Shown here one piece after another: positions 11,701 to 25,200 of a DNA stretch of 64,000 bases. This DNA comes from the human T2T-CHM13v2.0 reference genome, Homo sapiens: the NCBI RefSeq assembly GCF_009914755.1, contig NC_060941.1; one strand, 5' to 3'. The notes under the pieces were generated by a model. That model was not told where the DNA came from. It worked only from the letters and a program-made list of their open reading frames with translations, and searched no databases. Position 1 is the first letter of the stretch; every line of letters begins with the position of its first letter. Made by a program: the position numbers and the translations under genes.

Positions 11701-14700
11701 TTGTGATGATTGCATTCACCTCACAGAGTTGAACATTCCTATTGATAGAGCAGTTTGGAAACACTCTTCTTGTGGAATGTGCAAGTGGAGATTTGGAGCG
11801 CTTTGAGGCCTATGGTAGTAAAGGGAATAGCTTCATAGAAAAACTAGACAGAAGCATTCTCAGAAAATACTTTGTGATGATTGAGTTGAACTCACAGAGC
11901 TGAACATTCCTTTGGATGGAGCAGGTTTGAGACACACTTTTTGTAGAATCTACAAGTGGATATTTGGACCTCTCTGAGGATTTCGTTGGAAACGGGATAA
12001 CTGCACCTAACTAAACGGAAGCATTCTCAGAAACTTCTTGGTGATGTTTGCATTCAAATCCCAGAGTTGAACCTTCCTTTGAGAGTTCAGGTTTGAAACA
12101 CTCTTTTTGTAGGATCTGCAAGTGGATATTTGGACCACTCTGTGGCCTTCGTTCGAAACGGGTACATCTTCGCATAAAATCTAGACAGAAGCCTTCTCAG
12201 AAACTTCTCTGTGATGATTGCATTCAACTCACAGAGTTGAACCCTCCTATGGATAGAGCAGTGTTGAAACTCTCTTTTTGTGGAATCTGCAAGCGGATAT
12301 GTGGACCTCTCCGAAGATGTCTTTGGAAACGGGAATATCTTCACATAAAAACTAAACAGAAGCATTCTCAGAAACTTCTCTGTGATGTTTGTGTTCAACT
12401 CCCAGAGTTTCACATTGCTTCTCATAGAGTAGTTCTGAAACATGCTTTTCGTAGTGCCTGCAAGTGGACATTTGGAGCGCTTTCAGGCCTGTGGTGGAAA
12501 ACGAATTATGGTCACATAAAAACTGGAGAGAAGCATTGTCAGAAACTTCTTTGTGATGATTGCATTCAAGTCACAGAGTTGAAGGTTCCTTTTCAAAGAG
12601 CAGTTTCCAATCACTCTTTCTGTGGAATCTGCAAGTGGATATTTGGACCTCTTTGAAGATTTCGTTGGAAATGGGAGAATCTTCACAGAAAAGCTAAACA
12701 GAAGCATTCTCAGAAACTTCTTTGTGATGCTTGCATTCAACTCACAGAGTTGAACTTTCCTTTCGAGAGAGAAGCTTTGAAACACTCTTTTTCCAGAATC
12801 TGCAAGTGGACATTTGGAGGGCTTTGAGGCCTGTGGTGGAAAAGGAATTATCTTCCCGTAAAAGCTAGATAGAAGCATTCTCAGAAACTACTTTGTGATG
12901 ATTGCATTCAAGTCACAGAGTTGAACATTCCCTTTGACAGAGCAGTTTGGAAACTCTCTTTGCGTAGAATCTGCAAGTGGAGATATGGACCGCTTTGAGG
13001 CCTATGGTAGTAAAGGAAATAGCTTCATATAAAAGCTAGACAGCAGCATTCACAGAAAACTCTTGGTGACGACTGAGTTTAACTCACAGAGCTGAACATT
13101 CCTTTGGATGGAGCAGTTTCGAAACACACTATTTGTAGAATGTGCAAGTGGATATGTGGGCCTCTCTGAGGATTTCGTTGGAAACGGGATAAACCGCACA
13201 GAACTAAACAGAAGCATTCTCAGAACCTTCTTCGTGATGTTTGCATTCAACTCACAGTGTTGAACCTTTCTTTGATAGTTCAGGTTGGAAACGGTCTTTC
13301 TGTAGAAACTGCAAGTAGATATTTGGACCTCTCTGAGGATTTCGTTGGAAACGGGATAAACCGCACAGAACTAAAACAGAAGCATTCTCAGAACCCTCTT
13401 CGTGATGTTTGCATTCAACTCACGGTGCTGAACCTTTCTTTGATAGTTCAGCTTTGAAACACTCTTTTTGTAGAAACTGCAAGTGGATATTTGGTCCCCT
13501 CTGAGGATTTCGTTGGAAACGGGATAAACCGCACAGAACTAAACAGAAGCATTCTCAGAACCTTCTTCGTGATGTCTGCATTCAACTCACAGTGTGGAAC
13601 CTTTCTTTGATAGTTCAGGTTTGAAACACTCTTTTTGTAGAAACTGCAAGGGGATCATTGCACTTCTTTGAGGCCTACCGTAGTAAAGGAAATAACTTCC
13701 TATAAAAAGAAGACAGAAGCTTTCTCAGAAAATTCTTTGGGATGATTGAGTTGAGCAAACAGAGCTGAACACTCCTTGCGATGTAGCAGTTTAGAAACAC
13801 CCTTTCTGCAGAATCTGCAAGTGCATATGTGGACCTCTCTGAGGAATTCGTTGGAAACGGGATAATTTCAGCTGACTAAACAGAAGCAGTCTCAGAATCT
13901 TCTTTGTGATGTTTGCATTCAAATCCCAGAGTTGAACTTTCCTTTCCAAGTTCACGTTTGAAACACTCTTTTTGCAGGATCTACAAGTGGATATTTGGAC
14001 CACTCTGTGTCCTTCGTTCGAAACGGGTATATCTTCACATGACATCTAGACAGAAGCATTCTCAGAAGCTTCTCTGTGATGACTGCATTCAACTCACGGA
14101 GTTGAACACTCCTTTTGAGAGCGCAGTTTTGGAACTCTCTTTCTGTGGCATCTGCAAGGGGACATGTAGACCTCTTTGAAGATTTCGTTGGAAACGGAAT
14201 CATCTTCACATAAAAACTATACAGATGCATTCTCAGGAACTTTTTGGTGATGTTTGTATTCAACTCCCAGAGTTGAACTTTCCTTTGGAAAGAGCAGCTA
14301 TGAAACACTCTTTTTCTAGAATCTGCAAGTGGACGTTTGGAGGGCTTTGTGGTTTGTGGTGGAAAAGGAAATATCTTCACCTAAATACTAGATAGAAGCA
14401 TTCTCAGAAACTGCTTTGTGATGATTGCATTCACCTCACAGAGTTGAACATTCCTATTGATAGAGCAGTTTGGAAACACTCTTCTTGTGGAATGTGCAAG
14501 TGGAGATTTGGAGCGCTTTGAGGCCTATGGTAGTAAAGGGAATAGCTTCATAGAAAAACTAGACAGAAGCATTCTCAGAAAATACTTTGTGATGATTGAG
14601 TTGAACTCACAGAGCTGAACATTCCTTTGGATGGAGCAGGTTTGAGACACACTTTTTGTAGAATCTACAAGTGGATATTTGGACCTCTCTGAGGATTTCG

Positions 14701-16558
14701 TTGGAAACGGGATAACTGCACCTAACTAAACGGAAGCATTCTCAGAAACTTCTTGGTGATGTTTGCATTCAAATCCCAGAGTTGAACCTTCCTTTGATAG
14801 TTCAGGTTTGAAGCACTCTTTTTGTAGGATCTGCAAGTGGATATTTGGACCACTCTGTGGCCTTCGTTCGAAACGGGTATATCTTCGCATAAAATCTAGA
14901 CAGAAGCCTTCTCAGAAACTTCTCTGTGATGATTGCATTCAACTCACAGAGTTGAACCCTCCTGTGGATAGAGCAGTGTTGAAACTCTCTTTTTGTGGAA
15001 TCTGCAAGCGGATATGTGGACCTCTCCGAAGATGTCTTTGGAAACGGGAATATCTTCACATAAAAACTAAACAGAAGCATTCTCAGAAACTTCTCTGTGA
15101 TGTTTGTGTTCAACTCCCAGAGTTTCACATTGCTTCTCATAGAGTAGTTCTGAAACATGCTTTTCGTAGTGTCTGCAAGTGGACATTTGGAGCGCTTTCA
15201 GGCCTGTGGTGGAAAACGAATTATGGTCACATAAAAACTGGAGAGAAGCATTGTCAGAAACTTCTTTGTGATGATTGCATTCAAGTCACAGAGTTGAAGG
15301 TTCCTTTTCAAAGAGCAGTTTCCAATCACTCTTTCTGTGGAATCTGCAAGTGGATATTTGGACCTCTTTGAAGATTTCGTTGGAAACGGGAGAATCTTCA
15401 CAGAAAAGCTAAACAGAAGCATTCTCAGAAACTTCTTTGTGATGCTTGCATTCAACTCACAGAGTTGAACTTTCCTTTCGAGAGAGAAGCTTTGAAACAC
15501 TCTTTTTCCAGAATCTGCAAGTGGACATTTGGAGGGCTTTGAGGCCTGTGGTGGAAAAGGAATTATCTTCCCGTAAAAGCTAGATAGAAGCATTCTCAGA
15601 AACTACTTTGTGATGATTGCATTCAAGTCACAGAGTTGAACATTCCCTTTGACAGAGCAGTTTGGAAACTCTCTTTGCGTAGAATCTGCAAGTGGAGATA
15701 TGGACCGCTTTGAGGCCTATGGTAGTAAAGGAAATAGCTTCATATAAAAGCTAGATAGCAGCATTCACAGAAAACTCTTGGTGACGACTGAGTTTAACTC
15801 ACAGAGCTGAACATTCCTTTGGATGGAGCAGTTTCGAAACACACTATTTGTAGAATGTGCAAGTGGATATGTGGGCCTCTCTGAGGATTTCGTTGGAAAC
15901 GGGATAAACCGCACAGAACTAAACAGAAGCATTCTCAGAACCTTCTTCGTGATGTTTGCATTCAACTCACAGTGTTGAACCTTTCTTTGATAGTTCAGGT
16001 TGGAAACGGTCTTTCTGTAGAAACTGCAAGTAGATATTTGGACCTCTCTGAGGATTTCGTTGGAAACGGGATAAACCGCACAGAACTAAAACAGAAGCAT
16101 TCTCAGAACCCTCTTCGTGATGTTTGCATTCAACTCACGGTGCTGAACCTTTCTTTGATAGTTCAGCTTTGAAACACTCTTTTTGTAGAAACTGCAAGTG
16201 GATATTTGGTCCTCTCTGAGGATTTCGTTGGAAACGGGATAAACCGCACAGAACTAAACAGAAGCATTCTCAGAACCTTCTTCGTGATGTCTGCATTCAA
16301 CTCACAGTGTGGAACCTTTCTTTGATAGTTCAGGTTTGAAACACTCTTTTTGTAGAAACTGCAAGGGGATCATTGCACTTCTTTGAGGCCTACCGTAGTA
16401 AAGGAAATAACTTCCTATAAAAAGAAGACAGAAACTTTCTCAGAAAATTCTTTGGGATGATTGAGTTGAGCAAACAGAGCTGAACACTCCTTGCGATGTA
16501 GCAGTTTAGAAACACCCTTTCTGCAGAATCTGCAAGTGCATATGTGGACCTCTCTGAG

Positions 16559-19272
16559 GAATTCGTTGGAAACGGGATAATTTCAGCTGACTAAACAGAA
16601 GCAGTCTCAGAATCTTCTTTGTGATGTTTGCATTCAAATCCCAGAGTTGAACTTTCCTTTCAAAGTTCACGTTTGAAACACTCTTTTTGCAGGATCTACA
16701 AGTGGATATTTGGACCACTCTGTGTCCTTCGTTCGAAACGGGTATATCTTCACATGACATCTAGACAGAAGCATTCTCAGAAGCTTCTCTGTGATGACTG
16801 CATTCAACTCACGGAGTTGAACACTCCTTTTGAGAGCGCAGTTTTGGAACTCTCTTTCTGTGGCATCTGCAAGGGGACATGTAGACCTCTTTGAAGATTT
16901 CGTTGGAAACGGAATCATCTTCACATAAAAACTATACAGATGCATTCTCAGGAACTTTTTGGTGATGTTTGTATTCAACTCCCAGAGTTGAACTTTCCTT
17001 TGGAAAGAGCAGCTATGAAACACTCTTTTTCTAGAATCTGCAAGTGGACGTTTGGAGGGCTTTGTGGTTTGTGGTGGAAAAGGAATATCTTCACCTAAAT
17101 ACTAGATAGAAGCATTCTCAGAAACTGCTTTGTGATGATTGCATTCACCTCACAGAGTTGAACATTCCTATTGATAGAGCAGTTTGGAAACACTCTTCTT
17201 GTGGAATGTGCAAGTGGAGATTTGGAGCGCTTTGAGGCCTATGGTAGTAAAGGGAATAGCTTCATAGAAAAACTAGACAGAAGCATTCTCAGAAAATACT
17301 TTGTGATGATTGAGTTGAACTCACAGAGCTGAACATTCCTTTGGATGGAGCAGGTTTGAGACACACTTTTTGTAGAATCTACAAGTGGATATTTGGACCT
17401 CTCTGAGGATTTCGTTGGAAACGGTATAACTGCACCTAACTAAACGGAAGCATTCTCAGAAACTTCTTGGTGATGTTTGCATTCAAATCCCAGAGTTGAA
17501 CCTTCCTTTGAGAGTTCAGGTTTGAAACACTCTTTTTGTAGGATCTGCAAGTGGATATTTGGACCACTCTGTGGCCTTCGTTCGAAACGGGTACATCTTC
17601 GCATAAAATCTAGACAGAAGCCTTCTCAGAAACTTCTCTGTGATGATTGCATTCAACTCACAGAGTTGAACCCTCCTATGGATAGAGCAGTGTTGAAACT
17701 CTCTTTTTGTGGAATCTGCAAGCGGATATGTGGACCTCTCCGAAGATGTCTTTGGAAACGGGAATATCTTCACATAAAAACTAAACAGAAGCATTCTCAG
17801 AAACTTCTCTGTGATGTTTGTGTTCAACTCCCAGAGTTTCACATTGCTTCTCATAGAGTAGTTCTGAAACATGCTTTTCGTAGTGCCTGCAAGTGGACAT
17901 TTGGAGCGCTTTCAGGCCTGTGGTGGAAAACGAATTATGGTCACATAAAAACTGGAGAGAAGCATTGTCAGAAACTTCTTTGTGATGATTGCATTCAAGT
18001 CACAGAGTTGAAGGTTCCTTTTCAAAGAGCAGTTTCCAATCACTCTTTCTGTGGAATCTGCAAGTGGATATTTGGACCTCTTTGAAGATTTCGTTGGAAA
18101 CGGGAGAATCTTCACAGAAAAGCTAAACAGAAGCATTCTCAGAAACTTCTTTGTGATGCTTGCATTCAACTCACAGAGTTGAACTTTCCTTTCGAGAGAG
18201 AAGCTTTGAAACACTCTTTTTCCAGAATCTGCAAGTGGACATTTGGAGGGCTTTGAGGCCTGTGGTGGAAAAGGAATTATCTTCCCGTAAAAGCTAGATA
18301 GAAGCATTCTCAGAAACTACTTTGTGATGATTGCATTCAAGTCACAGAGTTGAACATTCCCTTTGACAGAGCAGTTTGGAAACTCTCTTTGCGTAGAATC
18401 TGCAAGTGGAGATATGGACCGCTTTGAGGCCTATGGTAGTAAAGGAAATAGCTTCATATAAAAGCTAGACAGCAGCATTCACAGAAAACTCTTGGTGACG
18501 ACTGAGTTTAACTCACAGAGCTGAACATTCCTTTGGATGGAGCAGTTTCGAAACACACTATTTGTAGAATGTGCAAGTGGATATGTGGGCCTCTCTGAGG
18601 ATTTCGTTGGAAACGGGATAAACCGCACAGAACTAAACAGAAGCATTCTCAGAACCTTCTTCGTGATGTTTGCATTCAACTCACAGTGTTGAACCTTTCT
18701 TTGATAGTTCAGGTTGGAAACGGTCTTTCTGTAGAAACTGCAAGTAGATATTTGGACCTCTCTGAGGATTTCGTTGGAAACGGGATAAACCGCACAGAAC
18801 TAAAACAGAAGCATTCTCAGAACCCTCTTCGTGATGTTTGCATTCAACTCACGGTGCTGAACCTTTCTTTGATAGTTCAGCTTTGAAACACTCTTTTTGT
18901 AGAAACTGCAAGTGGATATTTGGTCCTCTCTGAGGATTTCGTTGGAAACGGGATAAACCGCACAGAACTAAACAGAAGCATTCTCAGAACCTTCTTCGTG
19001 ATGTCTGCATTCAACTCACAGTGTGGAACCTTTCTTTGATAGTTCAGGTTTGAAACACTCTTTTTGTAGAAACTGCAAGGGGATCATTGCACTTCTTTGA
19101 GGCCTACCGTAGTAAAGGAAATAACTTCCTATAAAAAGAAGACAGAAGCTTTCTCAGAAAATTCTTTGGGATGATTGAGTTGAGCAAACAGAGCTGAACA
19201 CTCCTTGCGATGTAGCAGTTTAGAAACACCCTTTCTGCAGAATCTGCAAGTGCATATGTGGACCTCTCTGAG
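16559..19272 (+). repeat. HOR unit U7, 2,714 bp (1 bp deletion)
   Basis: ggaaaaggaatatc at ~17076-17089 versus ggaaaaggaaatatc elsewhere; the ORF period shifts by 1 (16506 to 19220). Confidence 0.95.
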
Positions 19273-22200
19273 GAATTCGTTGGAAACGGGATAATTTCAG
19301 CTGACTAAACAGAAGCAGTCTCAGAATCTTCTTTGTGATATTTGCATTCAAATCCCAGAGTTGAACTTTCCTTTCAAAGTTCACGTTTGAAACACTCTTT
19401 TTGCAGGATCTACAAGTGGATATTTGGACCACTCTGTGTCCTTCGTTCGAAACGGGTATATCTTCACATGACATCTAGACTGAAGCATTCTCAGAAGCTT
19501 CTCTGTGATGACTGCATTCAACTCACGGAGTTGAACACTCCTTTTGAGAGCGCAGTTTTGGAACTCTCTTTCTGTGGCATCTGCAAGGGGACATGTAGAC
19601 CTCTTTGAAGATTTCGTTGTAAACGGAATCATCTTCACATAAAAACTATACAGATGCATTCTCAGGAACTTTTTGGTGATGTTTGTATTCAACTCCCAGA
19701 GTTGAACTTTCCTTTGGAAAGAGCAGCTATGAAACACTCTTTTTCTAGAATCTGCAAGTGGACGTTTGGAGGGCTTTGTGGTTTGTGGTGGAAAAGGAAA
19801 TATCTTCACCTAAATACTAGATAGAAGCATTCTCAGAAACTGCTTTGTGATGATTGCATTCACCTCACAGAGTTGAACATTCCTATTGATAGAGCAGTTT
19901 GGAAACACTCTTCTTGTGGAATGTGCAAGTGGAGATTTGGAGCGCTTTGAGGCCTATGGTAGTAAAGGGAATAGCTTCATAGAAAAACTAGACAGAAGCA
20001 TTCTCAGAAAATACTTTGTGATGATTGAGTTGAACTCACAGAGCTGAACATTCCTTTGGATGGAGCAGGTTTGAGACACACTTTTTGTAGAATCTACAAG
20101 TGGATATTTGGACCTCTCTGAGGATTTCGTTGGAAACGGGATAACTGCACCTAACTAAACGGAAGCATTCTCAGAAACTTCTTGGTGATGTTTGCATTCA
20201 AATCCCAGAGTTGAACCTTCCTTTGAGAGTTCAGGTTTGAAACACTCTTTTTGTAGGATCTGCAAGTGGATATTTGGACCACTCTGTGGCCTTCGTTCGA
20301 AACGGGTACATCTTCGCATAAAATCTAGACAGAAGCCTTCTCAGAAACTTCTCTGTGATGATTGCATTCAACTCACAGAGTTGAACCCTCCTATGGATAG
20401 AGCAGTGTTGAAACTCTCTTTTTGTGGAATCTGCAAGCGGATATGTGGACCTCTCCGAAGATGTCTTTGGAAACGGGAATATCTTCACATAAAAACTAAA
20501 CAGAAGCATTCTCAGAAACTTCTCTGTGATGTTTGTGTTCAACTCCCAGAGTTTCACATTGCTTCTCATAGAGTAGTTCTGAAACATGCTTTTCGTAGTG
20601 CCTGCAAGTGGACATTTGGAGCGCTTTCAGGCCTGTGGTGGAAAACGAATTATGGTCACATAAAAACTGGAGAGAAGCATTGTCAGAAACTTCTTTGTGA
20701 TGATTGCATTCAAGTCACAGAGTTGAAGGTTCCTTTTCAAAGAGCAGTTTCCAATCACTCTTTCTGTGGAATCTGCAAGTGGATATTTGGACCTCTTTGA
20801 AGATTTCGTTGGAAACGGGAGAATCTTCACAGAAAAGCTAAACAGAAGCATTCTCAGAAACTTCTTTGTGATGCTTGCATTCAACTCACAGAGTTGAACT
20901 TTCCTTTCGAGAGAGAAGCTTTGAAACACTCTTTTTCCAGAATCTGCAAGTGGACATTTGGAGGGCTTTGAGGCCTGTGGTGGAAAAGGAATTATCTTCC
21001 CGTAAAAGCTAGATAGAAGCATTCTCAGAAACTACTTTGTGATGATTGCATTCAAGTCACAGAGTTGAACATTCCCTTTGACAGAGCAGTTTGGAAACTC
21101 TCTTTGCGTAGAATCTGCAAGTGGAGATATGGACCGCTTTGAGGCCTATGGTAGTAAAGGAAATAGCTTCATATAAAAGCTAGACAGCAGCATTCACAGA
21201 AAACTCTTGGTGACGACTGAGTTTAACTCACAGAGCTGAACATTCCTTTGGATGGAGCAGTTTCGAAACACACTATTTGTAGAATGTGCAAGTGGATATG
21301 TGGGCCTCTCTGAGGATTTCGTTGGAAACGGGATAAACCGCACAGAACTAAACAGAAGCATTCTCAGAACCTTCTTCGTGATGTTTGCATTCAACTCACA
21401 GTGTTGAACCTTTCTTTGATAGTTCAGGTTGGAAACGGTCTTTCTGTAGAAACTGCAAGTAGATATTTGGACCTCTCTGAGGATTTCGTTGGAAACGGGA
21501 TAAACCGCACAGAACTAAAACAGAAGCATTCTCAGAACCCTCTTCGTGATGTTTGCATTCAACTCACGGTGCTGAACCTTTCTTTGATAGTTCAGCTTTG
21601 AAACACTCTTTTTGTAGAAACTGCAAGTGGATATTTGGTCCTCTCTGAGGATTTCGTTGGAAACGGGATAAACCGCACAGAACTAAACAGAAGCATTCTC
21701 AGAACCTTCTTCGTGATGTCTGCATTCAACTCACAGTGTGGAACCTTTCTTTGATAGTTCAGGTTTGAAACACTCTTTTTGTAGAAACTGCAAGGGGATC
21801 ATTGCACTTCTTTGAGGCCTACCGTAGTAAAGGAAATAACTTCCTATAAAAAGAAGACAGAAGCTTTCTCAGAAAATTCTTTGGGATGATTGAGTTGAGC
21901 AAACAGAGCTGAACACTCCTTGCGATGTAGCAGTTTAGAAACACCCTTTCTGCAGAATCTGCAAGTGCATATGTGGACCTCTCTGAGGAATTCGTTGGAA
22001 ACGGGATAATTTCAGCTGACTAAACAGAAGCAGTCTCAGAATCTTCTTTGTGATGTTTGCATTCAAATCCCAGAGTTGAACTTTCCTTTCAAAGTTCACG
22101 TTTGAAACACTCTTTTTGCAGGATCTACAAGTGGATATTTGGACCACTCTGTGTCCTTCGTTCGAAACGGGTATATCTTCACATGACATCTAGACTGAAG

Positions 22201-25200
22201 CATTCTCAGAAGCTTCTCTGTGATGACTGCATTCAACTCACGGAGTTGAACACTCCTTTTGAGAGCGCAGTTTTGGAACTCTCTTTCTGTGGCATCTGCA
22301 AGGGGACATGTAGACCTCTTTGAAGATTTCGTTGTAAACGGAATCATCTTCACATAAAAACTATACAGATGCATTCTCAGGAACTTTTTGGTGATGTTTG
22401 TATTCAACTCCCAGAGTTGAACTTTCCTTTGGAAAGAGCAGCTATGAAACACTCTTTTTCTAGAATCTGCAAGTGGACGTTTGGAGGGCTTTGTGGTTTG
22501 TGGTGGAAAAGGAAATATCTTCACCTAAATACTAGATAGAAGCATTCTCAGAAACTGCTTTGTGATGATTGCATTCACCTCACAGAGTTGAACATTCCTA
22601 TTGATAGAGCAGTTTGGAAACACTCTTCTTGTGGAATGTGCAAGTGGAGATTTGGAGCGCTTTGAGGCCTATGGTAGTAAAGGGAATAGCTTCATAGAAA
22701 AACTAGACAGAAGCATTCTCAGAAAATACTTTGTGATGATTGAGTTGAACTCACAGAGCTGAACATTCCTTTGGATGGAGCAGGTTTGAGACACACTTTT
22801 TGTAGAATCTACAAGTGGATATTTGGACCTCTCTGAGGATTTCGTTGGAAACGGGATAACTGCACCTAACTAAACGGAAGCATTCTCAGAAACTTCTTGG
22901 TGATGTTTGCATTCAAATCCCAGAGTTGAACCTTCCTTTGAGAGTTCAGGTTTGAAACACTCTTTTTGTAGGATCTGCAAGTGGATATTTGGACCACTCT
23001 GTGGCCTTCGTTCGAAACGGGTACATCTTCGCATAAAATCTAGACAGAAGCCTTCTCAGAAACTTCTCTGTGATGATTGCATTCAACTCACAGAGTTGAA
23101 CCCTCCTATGGATAGAGCAGTGTTGAAACTCTCTTTTTGTGGAATCTGCAAGCGGATATGTGGACCTCTCCGAAGATGTCTTTGGAAACGGGAATATCTT
23201 CACATAAAAACTAAACAGAAGCATTCTCAGAAACTTCTCTGTGATGTTTGTGTTCAACTCCCAGAGTTTCACATTGCTTCTCATAGAGTAGTTCTGAAAC
23301 ATGCTTTTCGTAGTGTCTGCAAGTGGACATTTGGAGCGCTTTCAGGCCTGTGGTGGAAAACGAATTATGGTCACATAAAAACTGGAGAGAAGCATTGTCA
23401 GAAACTTCTTTGTGATGATTGCATTCAAGTCACAGAGTTGAAGGTTCCTTTTCAAAGAGCAGTTTCCAATCACTCTTTCTGTGGAATCTGCAAGTGGATA
23501 TTTGGACCTCTTTGAAGATTTCGTTGGAAACGGGAGAATCTTCACAGAAAAGCTAAACAGAAGCATTCTCAGAAACTTCTTTGTGATGCTTGCATTCAAC
23601 TCACAGAGTTGAACTTTCCTTTCGAGAGAGAAGCTTTGAAACACTCTTTTTCCAGAATCTGCAAGTGGACATTTGGAGGGCTTTGAGGCCTGTGGTGGAA
23701 AAGGAATTATCTTCCCGTAAAAGCTAGATAGAAGCATTCTCAGAAACTACTTTGTGATGATTGCATTCAAGTCACAGAGTTGAACATTCCCTTTGACAGA
23801 GCAGTTTGGAAACTCTCTTTGCGTAGAATCTGCAAGTGGAGATATGGACCGCTTTGAGGCCTATGGTAGTAAAGGAAATAGCTTCATATAAAAGCTAGAC
23901 AGCAGCATTCACAGAAAACTCTTGGTGACGACTGAGTTTAACTCACAGAGCTGAACATTCCTTTGGATGGAGCAGTTTCGAAACACACTATTTGTAGAAT
24001 GTGCAAGTGGATATGTGGGCCTCTCTGAGGATTTCGTTGGAAACGGGATAAACCGCACAGAACTAAACAGAAGCATTCTCAGAACCTTCTTCGTGATGTT
24101 TGCATTCAACTCACAGTGTTGAACCTTTCTTTGATAGTTCAGGTTGGAAACGGTCTTTCTGTAGAAACTGCAAGTAGATATTTGGACCTCTCTGAGGATT
24201 TCGTTGGAAACGGGATAAACCGCACAGAACTAAAACAGAAGCATTCTCAGAACCCTCTTCGTGATGTTTGCATTCAACTCACGGTGCTGAACCTTTCTTT
24301 GATAGTTCAGCTTTGAAACACTCTTTTTGTAGAAACTGCAAGTGGATATTTGGTCCTCTCTGAGGATTTCGTTGGAAACGGGATAAACCGCACAGAACTA
24401 AACAGAAGCATTCTCAGAACCTTCTTCGTGATGTCTGCATTCAACTCACAGTGTGGAACCTTTCTTTGATAGTTCAGGTTTGAAACACTCTTTTTGTAGA
24501 AACTGCAAGGGGATCATTGCACTTCTTTGAGGCCTACCGTAGTAAAGGAAATAACTTCCTATAAAAAGAAGACAGAAGCTTTCTCAGAAAATTCTTTGGG
24601 ATGATTGAGTTGAGCAAACAGAGCTGAACACTCCTTGCGATGTAGCAGTTTAGAAACACCCTTTCTGCAGAATCTGCAAGTGCATATGTGGACCTCTCTG
24701 AGGAATTCGTTGGAAACGGGATAATTTCAGCTGACTAAACAGAAGCAGTCTCAGAATCTTCTTTGTGATGTTTGCATTCAAATCCCAGAGTTGAACTTTC
24801 CTTTCAAAGTTCACGTTTGAAACACTCTTTTTGCAGGATCTACAAGTGGATATTTGGACCACTCTGTGTCCTTCGTTCGAAACGGGTATATCTTCACATG
24901 ACATCTAGACTGAAGCATTCTCAGAAGCTTCTCTGTGATGACTGCATTCAACTCACGGAGTTGAACACTCCTTTTGAGAGCGCAGTTTTGGAACTCTCTT
25001 TCTGTGGCATCTGCAAGGGGACATGTAGACCTCTTTGAAGATTTCGTTGTAAACGGAATCATCTTCACATAAAAACTATACAGATGCATTCTCAGGAACT
25101 TTTTGGTGATGTTTGTATTCAACTCCCAGAGTTGAACTTTCCTTTGGAAAGAGCAGCTATGAAACACTCTTTTTCTAGAATCTGCAAGTGGACGTTTGGA

